The notes beneath the pieces are model-generated. The model saw nothing but the letters and a program-made list of their open reading frames with translations. It did not search any database and had not been told where the DNA came from. From Octopus sinensis (lineage: Eukaryota): a stretch of DNA of 34,363 nt. Shown here piece by piece: positions 11,253-24,211 of this stretch. The stretch spans positions 1 to 34,363 of the forward strand of contig NW_021836729.1 in assembly GCF_006345805.1 (NCBI RefSeq). Reading direction: 5' to 3'. The position numbers were made by a program, and so were the translations under genes. Position 1 is the stretch's first letter. The number at the start of each line of letters is the position of its first letter.

Positions 11253-11450
11253 TGCCGGTCAAGTAGTGTGGAGCGACTGACCTCCCTTGTTCGAAGGTTA
11301 TATGGATACAGTTTGTGTATCAAATAGCTAACTTAAGGCGATGGCCTCATGGAGCTAATAAGCGGGACAGCTTTTTTCTTATTTTTATAAGAATGCCATA
11401 TTAGTATGGCGATAACTATTATATACATATATATATGTATGTAAGATGTA

Positions 11451-11490
<40 letters not shown>

Positions 11491-12061
11491 ATATATACTA
11501 TATACATATACATATATATATGTATAAAGATTATATATATATATATGCATATATACATATAGGTATACAGTTCTATATTTAAGAGATGAGGAATTATATA
11601 CACTATTTACATTATTCACATTTGACGGATACTTGTCTCGATATATATGTGTGCGTGTGTGTATGTGTGTGTATGTGTGTCTGTGAGCATGAGTGTGTGT
11701 TTACATCTATCTATGCATACATGAATATGTACGTGAACACATTTATATGTATATAGATAAATAATACATGACTAAATAGATTTACATAGTTACTGTTATG
11801 GCCATTGTGGTTGTTGTTGCTTTTAGTGTCAACGTATTCAGAGGTAACACTATCACCATTAACTAAAGCACGTACACCACCACCAACAACAACAACAACG
11901 TTACCTCTTTGCATAGTTATAGATATATATATTTCTAGAACCACATATGTGCATATATATATAGGTTTATATACAATAATGCAAGTATATATATGTAATA
12001 TATATATAATATTATATATATATAGGATAGATAGAAGATATAGATAGATAGATAGATAGAT

Positions 12062-12103
<42 letters not shown>

Positions 12104-12831
12104 CACATATATATGCTTGTGTGTGTGTGCATGTGTATTTGCATAGAATCTTCTATGCATTCTGTATATTGATGTCTGCGTGTATAGATTTCTGTTTAAT
12201 GGTGTCCGAGTTGTGTAATTGCTGTGGCGGCTATATGCGAGTCTATATATACAATATCGTCAATAAGCTGTCGTCTCGATCTTTATTCAAATACAAATTT
12301 GGCCAAGTCTCTCAGCAAATACCGTTGTCTTCTTTTGCAATACAAATTCAATTCTAGAATTCAACATCATTGAATTGCATAGATTTTTACATAAAGACAC
12401 TTAAAATCAGTAGACAACCATTGTTCCGAAAAATCTTGTATTTCAATTGTAGCTTTGAAGTTAGTGTCTTTATAAAGTGACCAAAGAACCAGTATATAAT
12501 ACGAGATTGTCATAGAAGTGTCAAACCAAAGTTTAATGTTTGAAACCAATAGTTGTTTATTGTTCTTTGTCAACAAATATTTTATGCAATGTTGCGTTTG
12601 AATCGTTCTACTTATGAACAAAAGAGTAAGATTTTGTGTGAGTGCTAGAATCATCACGAGTTTCATTCGTATCTAATCACGTTCGGCCATTTTGAAGGCA
12701 GGACATACTCATATTTTAAAAAGGTGACAACGTGGTATCTAGGACTGTTGTGTTTAAGGGTTAGATCATTCAGGCTTTCGTCGGGTAAGTTAATTTAGCA
12801 TCTGCTGGCATGGATTAAATTTCCGATGCAG

Positions 12832-12909
12832 ACTGCAGGCATATGGCCAAGCGAGCACGGATTCCGTGTTCTTCTCTACACATCCGTGTTTGTTCAAGGA
12901 TCAGATACT
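12832..12909 (+). CDS. Candidate 78 nt phase-0 exon (TAGIWPSEHGFRVLLYTSVFVQGSDT), product unknown
   Basis: CAG acceptor with a weak pyrimidine tract, open frame, consensus donor ACT|GTAAGT. No homology recognised. Confidence 0.2.
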
Positions 12910-12944
12910 GTAAGTCATATTACTCATCCCTGTAACATTTACGT

Positions 12945-13030
12945 CAACCCAGCGCCCTGTGTCGGCATATTTCTATCGATTTTGAAAGGATAAAAGACAA
13001 ATTGATCTCAGCGGGGTTTTGAACTGATGC
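12945..13030 (-). mobile_element. SINE family B relic
   Basis: GAAAGGATAAAAGACAAATTGATCTCAGCGGGGTTTTGAACT resembles the reverse complement of the family B body. Confidence 0.5.
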
Positions 13031-14119
13031 TGCGTGACAAACCCCGGGAGGTATTTTTATTTTACAATCTAGAAACAAATGCGCCCATTCGCCGCACAAA
13101 TAGGCTATACAACAAACGCTAACAATGACAGCTCCATATTTGCTGATAGTAAATGATGCTGCAAGATCCTTCAAAGAAAGGAAGAGAAAGAAATCGATGG
13201 AATATAATCTATAGTATCTTATTGGTTTTTATTGTTACCATAGAAACCAGAAAAGTGAATTGCCACGTCAAAACTGGAGGCCTATCGAATCAGAATTTTT
13301 AATATTTTCACCATCGTACTTCAGACTAAGTGACTCGATTTCATTTGCCACATAATTCGATATATTCTGACAATATTCATGTGCTCACGTTGGTGCACAG
13401 CTACACGGTAACCGAAGACCTACAATCAAATATATTACTCTCACTTCTTGATTGGTATATCATCTTTTACCGATCCCAGATGTATAAAATTCAATTTTGA
13501 CAGTGTGAATTGGATGGAAGAAGTGAATAACTATGATTAAAGAACACAAGGGTTTTTGAGTGGGTTCTAGATATTCTACAATAGCACCGACATGCTACCC
13601 AGAAAATATCAGTAGGAAAGATATTAAGATGTTAGTTGAAATTTGAATGCGAAAACGGTAAGAATTAAGTTCGATCCGTCAGTATTCTGAGTCCAAATTG
13701 CAAAGAAAATTTATGCTATCTTTTCATAATTGTTAATCATTTCTGTGGTGCCAAATACTTTAGTGCTAATCACGTCCTTGGGTAGATGCAACCGGTTATA
13801 CCTAATCAGACTAGCATATACAAGCCCGCTAAAAATAATTGGCTTATAGTGTACCCTGTTTATGTGCGAGGAATGTTAAAGAACCGATGATGAAGTAGAT
13901 TTTGTTTCAGACATTGGAGATATGGTTCCAACCTAATGACAAGCACCTTCTTCTTTCTTACACTTGCAATTACGGAAGATCTAAAGATTGTTGATAAATA
14001 TAAAATTAGTTGTCATCAATGAAAGTTCACTGCAATGCTTTCTGTGGGTGCCCTAATCCCACAAGCTTCAATAAAGTACTGAATCGTGTGAATACAACCT
14101 AATATGAAGTGTATCGATT

Positions 14120-14646
14120 GTGTTTTATCAGTTACTTGTTTCACGCATGTGACTGCGGCCAAGCTGGGGCACAGCTTTGAAGAGTTTAGTCAAACAAATA
14201 CACCACTGACTTATGTTTTGTTTTTATTTGAAACTTATTTAAACGGTTTCTTTTGCCGAACGGCTTAGTTACTAGACTCCAAATAAACTAACACCGGTTA
14301 TCAAGCGGCTGGAGGATAAACGGTGATCCAAAAGCACAGATACAGACATACAGAAACACACACACACATAAATATACATACATATGCACATAAATGTGTG
14401 TGAGTATATATATATATATATATATACAAACCCACATAGACATACGCACACACTCACATGCACACGCACACACAGGTAGAACACACACACATACACATTA
14501 TGAGACTCCATAACGTTTCCACCTAATAACTTCATTCACACGACATTTGTCGGACCGGGGCTACAGTGGAGGGCTCCGGAGGGGGGATTTAAGCCGAACC
14601 ACGAATTTACAGAGCAAGCTTCGTAACCACGCAGTCATACCTGAAC
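14120..14646 (-). mobile_element. SINE family A, degenerate near-full-length copy
   Basis: TTACTTGTTTC...GACTGCGGCC tail, TTTCTTTTGCCGAAC body, internal (CA/TA) tract and a degenerate head near 14640. Confidence 0.6.
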
Positions 14647-14844
14647 CCATGCAGGTATTTTTTTTTATTCTGCATACTCTGTTTAATATGTTGAAAGTGT
14701 GATCGATCCACATCTATTCTCTGGAATACATAAAATGTACACCAGTAAAACTCTTCTATGTTGTAGTTCGACTTTGCACCAATTTTGTATAAAGTAATGT
14801 TTCCTAAATTCTCTAGTACAGCCACGACCACTCCATTTAAAAGG

Positions 14845-14942
14845 CTTTGGTCGGTTCGAGGCTACAGCAGGAGACAGTTGTTCCAGGAACCATGCTGTGG
14901 GAGTGAACCCAGAACCATGTGTTTAGGTAGCACAGAGCCACG
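14845..14942 (-). mobile_element. SINE family A head fragment
   Basis: GGCTTTGGTCGG...GAGGCTA...TGAACCCAGAACCATGTG is the reverse complement of the family A 5' region. Confidence 0.6.
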
Positions 14943-15770
14943 ACTTTATATTCTTAACATGCTGCGGCGTCTTGCTATATTGAATGACAGCAGCATTAGA
15001 TAAAATAAGCATTAGCGTTTCATATTGGATGTAAATTCATCACGAAACGCAAACCAACTTCGGTATTCGTTCGGAGATAATGTCTCTTATGGACGCATAG
15101 TGCCAAAAAAAAAATTATATCAGTGGCAGATGAAAACCATCCTGTATCTGTGTTAAGAAATCCAATTGCACATTTCTGCTTCTTTGCACTTCGTCAGTAG
15201 AATGTTGCGACGATAAGCTAATAGCCTGGGCTTGCAATTAAGTAACTGCTGCTGACAAAGCACAAACGGTCAGAAATACGCATCTAGCATTCTGAGCGCT
15301 GCTCCATGACGATTTCCGTTTTCTAAAGATATATTCGTGACTTTGAAACAAAATACGTCCGCCATAAGAGATTTTATATCTGAATGATATACGTAGTACA
15401 TTTGCCTTCCGTTATAGATTTGCATTAATTGTGAACACAGATGGCAATAGCGAGTAAAACCGGGAACATTTTACGTGAGTACATTTCAGTAGAAATATTG
15501 TTTGCAACTCATGAAAACGCACACACACATAAAAAAAAACACATAGGTGCAACCGTCCAGTGGCATCACACAGAAGTGAGGCGAACAGGGGGTGCCCCTG
15601 GATTTTAGTCATAAGTGTTGCATAGTGACACATATCTATCTGTCTATCTATCTTTCTTTCTATAATATACTATCTACAATATATATATATATATATAATT
15701 TATATATATATAGATATATGAACTTATAATATGCACCATACATGAATATATACATATATTTACATGATAT

Positions 15771-15812
<42 letters not shown>

Positions 15813-15852
15813 TATACATATATATGTTTGCGTTGTATATATATATATAATA

Positions 15853-15883
<31 letters not shown>

Positions 15884-15923
15884 GATAGATAGATAGATAG
15901 ATAGACAGATAGATGATAGATAG

Positions 15924-15963
<40 letters not shown>

Positions 15964-16376
15964 TATACATGCATAAATATATAATATATGCATCCATTCA
16001 CACAATGTATATATGAACGTGAGCATGGGATTGTGTGTCTACCATTAAGGACATAGATACTATTGAAGTATGGACAGCATTATTAAATCTCTGGAAAGGT
16101 TTCAACTAATGTTATGTAACTATTGTGACCGTGCCTGGTAGAGTGGACGTCATGTTAAGCAAATTCCAATTGCCATTGATAACGCTTCTCTCGGTTCTCA
16201 TCTTTCACTCATCTTTCATGGCTGGTAACACACACACACACACAACACTGTGATGCATGTATATATATATATATATTATAATATACTATATATATATACA
16301 TATATACATACACATATATATGTAACACCCAACACTTATATATATGCATATACATATATAATATATATACACATAC

Positions 16377-16437
<61 letters not shown>

Positions 16438-16495
16438 CATATGCATATAATATATGCATAAATAAATATTATATATATATATATATATATAGATA

Positions 16496-16542
<47 letters not shown>

Positions 16543-16737
16543 TAGAGATAAAACGCTTATAACACGTACGCTACAACGCATATATTAAATATGTGCCATC
16601 AGAAGTTGTATTTCAGTTAGAGAGTGAGAGAATATGAATGTATACTTATAGAGAGAGACAGAGATAGAGAGAGCATGAGAAGATGGATATTTAGGGAGAT
16701 TGATAAATATCTAGCTAGCTAACAAAATAACTAACTA

Positions 16738-16970
<233 letters not shown>

Positions 16971-17452
16971 GTGGTGAATGAGAGTGAAATTATAATATGG
17001 ATAACTAGATTTAAAATCATATAAATATATATTAGAACTGTATGTTCACACGTCCTCACACGAACTCTTACGCTAGCTTTCGTCAAGATCGCATGTCTGT
17101 GTCTGTATGTGGCCTATGTATCTTCATTTCGGGGTTTGTGTCCGTGTGTATATGAATACTTGTACGTAAATATCTTATATATATGAATTTAGAAATGCCT
17201 ATATATATATATATGTGTGTGTGTATGATGTAGCTATATACATATATATATAATTGTAATTATATACATGCACATATACGTATAATATATATATATATAT
17301 ACGTATGTATATACAGATATATGTATATATACATATACATGTCTATGAAAATGTATGTGTGTGTGTATGCTTAGTCATGTGTGTATATGTGTATATTAAT
17401 ATAAATATATATATATGATATAGTGTGATACATATATTGTATATATATATAC

Positions 17453-17506
<54 letters not shown>

Positions 17507-18630
17507 GTACATGCACACACACACCACACACACATACGTGTGTGTGTAGTTGTTTGTATGCGCCTGTGTATGTTATATAATATTAATTATTATTTCTGAT
17601 ATGCACATATCTTTCAAATCAGATTTAACAATCTTAACAACGTTTGGAATTTGAATGACGTCTGCACGCGAATATGCGAAGGAAGGAATCTCAAGCTTTG
17701 TAATTCAGCTTTTGTCAATCATAAAGTCAGCCACTGATTCCTAAAGGAATTCTAGTAATCAATGCTACCTTTCACACATCGTCTCGTTAAGCCAATTAAC
17801 TGGCGTAACAATATTGTCATATATTCCAGCGTAACATTTTAATTATATATTCACTTAGTCCGTTAACGATGCCCAACAGTATTCTTGAGTTCTCGTAAAT
17901 GCGTACATTTTGCTAATTGACTCATAAAGTCGTTTAACCTTTTATTAGTATTATTATCTCACTATCCAATTGCCTGATTTTCTTCAATTTCAGAAGCATT
18001 AAGCCGTTTAAATATTCTTGGTTATATTTTACTGTGAGTTTTACCCGGCGGGACACTCCTTTCGTCAGCTGTCAACAAGGAAACACAGCGGTTTCGGCAC
18101 CAGTCGAACGTATCACCCTTCAAGCTCAACCAGTGAATATCTACCCCTTTGTGTTATACTGTAGAATAGATATTTATATATTCACTTGTATAACTGATAT
18201 GCGGTTATTCACTTACAGAGTTGTTATCCAGCATTCAAGACACTCTAATACAAGAGCCGATGCAAACAGATGTGATAATACCACCCAAATAGAATACAAG
18301 AATTTATCGTGATTTCTCCATTTCTTCAATGTTTATAAGCATGAAACACGAGGCCTGGACACCTTAGTTCTCTAGTAAGAGTATAAAAGTATTTAAACAG
18401 TGCTATACGATTCAAGCCCTCGTTTGAAATACTTATGATGGAGTGGAATAATCAATTGATCCTCGCGACTTAATATACGCAGGAACACACGCGCACACTT
18501 ATGTATATTCGTGAGTGTGAAGGGTTATATTGTGTCGTATATCAAAATGGTGCACCCATACATACACGGACATGCAGACACACATGCACGCCCAGACACA
18601 CACACATGCATACACGTATATGTTTATATG

Positions 18631-18692
<62 letters not shown>

Positions 18693-19015
18693 CGGATAAA
18701 TGAAGAGATGGCGGCGTGGTTTTCCTCCACGGCATCCGAAACTCGGAGTTTTATCTTGACTACCGAATAATTGTCACATATTACATTTACAGATAAATTC
18801 CTGTATTTACATAATATTGAGGTCTCTTTCCTTCTTTTGTTGCCTTACAATTTTTTATCAATATATATATATATATTATATATAATATATATATATATAT
18901 ATATACGTGGACGGACACGCATATTTGGTGAGAGAGGAGGAAACTTATGAAGTTATCACTGGGAAATACTAAATGAAGAATACTAAATAAAAGTGTCGAC
19001 AGCAGAAGAAGGCGA

Positions 19016-19200
19016 ACGAAGAAGAAGAAGTAGTAGTAGAAGAAGAAGAAGAAGAAGAAGAAGAAGAAGAAGAAGAAGAAGAAGAACAGCAAACAACAAC
19101 AACAACAACAACAACAAGAACAACAACAACAACAACAGCAGCAGCAGCAGCAGTAGCAACAGCTGCAACAATAGAAATTACAGCAACTGCAGCAACAAGG
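19016..19200. repeat. Compound trinucleotide microsatellite (GAA)/(GTA)/(GAA)/(CAA)/(CAG)
   Basis: Direct reading. Confidence 0.9.
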
Positions 19201-19642
19201 GGGAGATGATAGATGCGAAATTTTGAATTAAATGAAATACAGTTTGCAAATGGAAACAAATTCACACAGCAAATAAAGAAAATTAACCCAGAAGGCTTTC
19301 CTTTCGTTTCTGAACAGATCTTCTCGTCAGACAAATGGAACACAGAAACCTATTTTTAAACAGTGTGAATATGGACAAAAGACGTGAAGAATATCATAGG
19401 CGAGATTTTCGAGTTATTCTTTATTATATTCAATTCACACACGCACCTCTCTCAACAAATTCAACATATAATTCGAGCTATATACTTTTATGCCGAAAAT
19501 GTGTATGTGTGTGTGTGGAGGGGTGTATGCGTGTGTATGTGTGTGTGTGTATGCTTATATATATATAGATGTATATAAATATATCTATATATATAAGTAT
19601 ATATGCATATACATACATATACACACATACATATATATTATA

Positions 19643-19687
<45 letters not shown>

Positions 19688-19999
19688 TGTATATATACAT
19701 ATACATACACACATACATACATATATAAAACATACATAGCATTCATGTGCAATTATAAGATATACACACATATGCATATATACACACACAAATATATTTA
19801 TAAATCCATAAGGATATTCACCGACAAGCACGCCAACACACACACACTTACACACACATACACACATAGAGACAGACATACATATATACACACATATATT
19901 TATGTGTACATACATATGCATCAGTATCAATTTTCCTGTTGTCTTCCAACGGGTATTGAATGCATGTTATGTATATACTATATATATACATACATACAC

Positions 20000-20062
<63 letters not shown>

Positions 20063-20481
20063 GATTGTATAGTACTGCACACTGTGTCATACATAGACTC
20101 GAAGGATAGCCTGGTTTTGTCGGGTTTTGAATTAGTGACAATAACCAGTTTTATATGCCTGAACATAGCTGCTTTGGCCTGTTTGAGGAAACGAGTAGAG
20201 AATTCGAATAAAGACCTGTGCGTAAATGAAGCGGTTGTATTGGAAATATATCTAATATGAAGCGAACGGAAGTTGAATTGCTTTAAATTATGCAAGTATG
20301 CAAACAGAGCGATGTTTGTGAATATGTGCGGTGGCAACGCTTGCAAATTTACGCTCTGTTTTCGTCTTCATACCACCATGACGTGCAATATGAATACTAT
20401 TTATAAACTACTGAGCACATATATCCTTGAGATATATATGTGTGAACACACACTCACACAGGCATGCACACAGATATAAGA

Positions 20482-20517
<36 letters not shown>

Positions 20518-21008
20518 TAAAATTATAAATTAGGTTATCTACGAGATACCACCATGTTGAAAATAGCAGCCATCATCTGACTTTAAAACCACCTTAATTT
20601 TCCATATATCAGAGAGAAAACAAAGAGACAAGATGAAATTAGTAAAAAAAATTACTGGATAATTCTAGATCCGGATTTCTGACTTTGCATTTATGAATGT
20701 TTTTCCTACTTATATATAAGAAGCTTTTGCGTAATGAGATAAAGAACAAAGGCTGTGAAGATATTCTATCTATAAATGTTCTAATATCTACACAGTCTTC
20801 TTTTTTTATCTCATTACCCACAAAATTCTTATATGCACACGCTGACATAGTATCAATGTTGAACCCCTTATTCACAAAATTACCGAATCTGGAAGTTAAC
20901 TATGGTATGTCTATAGCACTTATTCAGCATTATTTGACACCTCTGGGTCTCAATGACACCATCATCTCTTATAACCTCAATTTCTCTCTCTCTCACTCTC
21001 TCTCTCTC

Positions 21009-21057
<49 letters not shown>

Positions 21058-21076
21058 CTCTCTCTCTCTGTTATAT

Positions 21077-21109
<33 letters not shown>

Positions 21110-21274
21110 TTATGGAATATGCTGGTTTTAGTTCACTGGTGATCTAAAAGTATAGCTACGCTGTTATGCCGTGTCAGTTCTGTAAGACGTCATCTGCTCG
21201 GTTCTAAATTCACAGCTGAGGCTTGAGCTAGAGTCCATAGCAGGCTTCCGAGTTAGCAGGTATATATTAGAGAG

Positions 21275-21468
21275 AAAAGGGACAAACAAGGACAGACAAA
21301 CGGATTAAGTCGATTACATCGACACCAGTGCGTAACTGGTTCTTATTTAATCGACTCCGAAAGGATGAAAGGTAAAGTGAACCTCGACGGAATTTGATCT
21401 CAGAACATAGCGGCAGAGGAAATATTGCTAAACTTTTCACACGGCGTGCTAACGTTTCTGACAGCTTA
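21275..21468 (-). mobile_element. SINE family B, 5' half
   Basis: GGACAAACAAGGACAGACAAACGGATTAAGTCGATTACATCGAC...CGGCGTGCTAACG matches 27575-27771. Confidence 0.8.
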
Positions 21469-22119
21469 CGGTCATATTAACAAATATTAATATTGATATG
21501 ATTACTAGAGGCCGACATGAATATTTCCAGATATTAGCTCTTCTTGCTAGAAATGGAGGTGGAATTTTATTTACAAGCAAAATTCTGCAGCAACAATAAA
21601 GAAAGAAGCATTTAGCTGGTGTAGGTATAAGTCATGAAATGCCTAAGACTAGAAAATACTGCTAATGTCACGGGTTGTATTGATTATAGTTAAGAATAGC
21701 GTTACTGAATACATAAGACATTGAGTATGTTGGATATTCACTACGTAGCGAGAAGAAATCTTTCACAACAACCTTGTGGCCTTTAAGCTCATTTATTTAG
21801 TAACAGACTTCAACATTTTCCAATATTCTTTCTTCTGTGTAAGAGAATTAATACCTTAATTTTATATAGAAACAAATAAGATGGTTTTTGCTAACTCTCT
21901 CTTGATGAGGGGAGCAGGAGTTATTGTAAAGTTCACGTATGGCAGTTTACTGGTTGCATATCAAAATCGGGTTCTATATTCCATTTACAAATTATGAAGA
22001 TTAAGATTATTACGTAAATCTGAGCTTCCTGAAACAGATGTTGCGCTTAGTAGCTATGCATTTTCTACATAGTATTCTGCATGTTTATACTGTACGTAAA
22101 TATGTTTGCAAGTAAGTAT

Positions 22120-22445
22120 GTGGGTGTGTGGTAAGTAGCTTGCTTACCAACCACATGGCTCCGAGTTCAGTTTCACTGCGTGGGACCTTGGGCAAGTGTC
22201 TTCTACTATAGCCTCAGGTCGACTAGTGACTTGTGAGTGGATTTGGTAGACGGAAATTGAAAGAAGCCTGTCGTATATATGTATGTATATATATATATAG
22301 ATATATAGATATATATACATATATATATATATATGAGTGTGTGTAAGTGTGTGTATGTGTGTGTGTGTGTTTGTCCCCCACCATCACTTGACAACCGATA
22401 TTGGTGTGTTTAAGTTCCCGTAATTAGCGGTTCGGCGAGAAAAAG
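22120..22445 (+). mobile_element. SINE family A, 3'-truncated
   Basis: TGTGTGGTAAGTAGCTTGCTTACCAACCACATGG...ACCTTGGGCAAGTGTC...TAGCGGTTCGGC. Confidence 0.85.
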
Positions 22446-22456
22446 AAAAGACATTG

Positions 22457-22519
<63 letters not shown>

Positions 22520-22537
22520 TGTGTGTGTGTGTGTTAA

Positions 22538-22749
22538 GGCGACGAGCTGGCCGAATCGTTAGCACGCCGGGCGAAATGCTTAGCGGTATTTCGTCTGCCG
22601 CTACGTTCTGAGTTCAAATTCCGCCGAGGTTGATTTTTTCTTTTATCCTTTCGGGGTCGATTAAATAAGTACCAGTTATGTATTCGTCTTAATCCATTCG
22701 TCTGTCCTTGCTTGTCCTCTCTATGTTTATCCCCCTGTGGACAATAAAG
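22538..22749 (+). mobile_element. SINE family B, 5' half
   Basis: GGCGACGAGCTGGCCGAATCGTTAGCACGCCGGGCGAAATGC...GAGTTCAAATTCCGCCGAGG. Confidence 0.85.
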
Positions 22750-23029
22750 TCATATACGTGTGTGTGTGTGTGTGTCTGTGTGTGCGTTTGTGTGTGTGTG
22801 TGTGTGTGTGGTGTGTGTGTTGTGTGTGTGTCTGCGTCTGTGTGCGTGCACGTGTGTGGCCTTATTTTGTTTCTTTGCCCTGTTATCTTAGCTCGTTAGG
22901 ATCTCTCTTACAGCTACTCTCGGCGTTGTTGACCTGGATGATGAATTTGTAGTTTAAGTTCAAATTCATATAACCACAACGTGCTTTTTTTTTATACTGA
23001 GCATATCTAAGTGTCACATATTGCAGAAG

Positions 23030-23465
23030 TTGGGTGTGTGGTAAGTAGCTTGCTTACCAACCACATGGCCCTGGTTTCAGTCCCATAGCGTGGCACCTTG
23101 GGCAAGTGACTTCTACCATAGCCTCGGGCCGACCAAAGCCTTGTGATTGGATTTGGTAGACGTAAACTAGAAGAAGCCTGTCGTGTGTGTATATATATAT
23201 ATATATATATTTGTATGTATGTATGTTTGTAAGTATGTATGCATGTATGTATATGTGTGCATATGCTTGCCTGTCTCTCTCCTTCGTCCCAACATCGCTT
23301 GGCAATCGATTTTGGCGTTTACTTCCCCGAAATATAGCGGTTTGGCAAAAGAGACCAATAGAATATGTACTAGGCTTACAAAGAATAAGTCTTAGGGGCG
23401 ATTTAATCGACTGGGCCCACTCCCCCAAAATTTCGGGCCTTGTACCTAGAGTAGAAAAGAAGATT
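23030..23465 (+). mobile_element. Chimeric SINE: family A head and body with family B 3' tail
   Basis: Family A sequence up to AAGAATAAGTCTTAGGGGCGATTT, then AATCGACTGG...CTCCCCCAAAATTTCGGGCCTTGTACCTAG as in the family B tail. Confidence 0.7.
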
Positions 23466-23934
23466 ATGTATACATAGCGTAAATACGCACACATATGTAT
23501 AGTCTCCCCGTGTTGTCCTTTAGTTGTTTTTTCTTCTATAAAACCTAGCATTAATTTGGTAGGTTTGCTATCGATTGGAGTGGTAATTGCTTTCTCATGC
23601 AATTGTAAATGTAGAGGGTTAATTTCTTGGATTTTTTCTTAGCTGTCTTTCAGTTCTTTGTTTTCTTCTCTCATTATATTCTGTTTGTTCGTGAACAATT
23701 AATATTCGTTCGTGTAATGCAAATTCGTTCAGCTTTGTTTTGTTCTTCTTGCATCGGTCATCGTCCGTATTGTTTACGATTTTCTCACTACTGGAATTCC
23801 ATGGTCTTACTCAATCGTGTTTACTGTGTAATGCTAATGGTCGGTGAGAATTCAAAGATCCACTGAAATTCTACTCAAGGTTCCGCAACCTGCAATAGCG
23901 GACCCCTCTCTGATACTTATAAATGCTGTCTTCC

Positions 23935-24085
23935 CGTCCTGAGTTCAAACTCCGTCGAGGTTGACTTTTTTATTTCAGCTTTTCAGGGTCGATAAAAACA
24001 AGTGCCAGTTTAGCTGTGGGGTGAATGTAATCGACGTACCTCATCTCACAAAACTGTTGGTCTTGTCCAAAAATTTTAAAACATT
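23935..24085 (+). mobile_element. SINE family B fragment
   Basis: CTGAGTTCAAACTCCGTCGAGGTTGAC...GGGTCGATAAAA...AATGTAATCGAC. Confidence 0.65.
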
Positions 24086-24164
24086 TTGTTTTCAGTGTGG
24101 AAGGTGTTTATAAGCCATTTAAGAAACACAAAATCCGTTAGATTCACTTTTTTTAAAATTAATT

Positions 24165-24211
24165 TGTCAAAATATTTTCGTCGCTTTGAGATTGCGACCT
24201 GTTCACTGACA
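24165..24211 (-). ncRNA. Type I hammerhead with G3-C8 core and one extra G before stem II; predicted cleavage triplet UUU
   Basis: Minus strand TGTCA-GTGAACA-G-GTCGC AATCTCAAA GCGAC-GAA-AATATT-T-TGACA: perfect 5 bp stems I and II, palindromic stem III. Confidence 0.7.

Larger units (their letters stand above)
10048..11421. mobile_element. Tandem ~355-360 bp repeat array with hammerhead motifs (retrozyme/pLTR-like); minus arm 10048-10483, plus arm 10483-11421
   Basis: CCTACTG restarts at 10483, 10837 and 11195; AAATATTAAAATAACTAAG at 10051 and 10412 in the inverted arm. (TA)n on both flanks. Confidence 0.9.

Noticed and set aside
10048-11421. Array as a CRISPR-like or classical satellite locus
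   Set aside because: Units are full-length near-identical copies with no unique spacers, in eukaryotic context; ORFs 10822-11031 and 11120-11323 are incidental.
15150-15205. Minus-strand CTGACGA...GAAA
   Set aside because: Two extra nucleotides before a 3 bp stem II, and no stem I pairing.
15620-15634. TTGCATAGT matching the 5' part of miR-153; likewise TTGTGACCGT near 16123 for miR-2001
   Set aside because: Match stops after 9-10 nt and there is no precursor hairpin.
19290-19335. Minus-strand CTGACGAGAAG...TTCAGAAAC
   Set aside because: No stem III or NUH triplet and no stem I.
18969-19343. ORFs with polyS/polyV/polyL/polyR/polyN
   Set aside because: Readings of the compound trinucleotide repeat; no splice or homology support.
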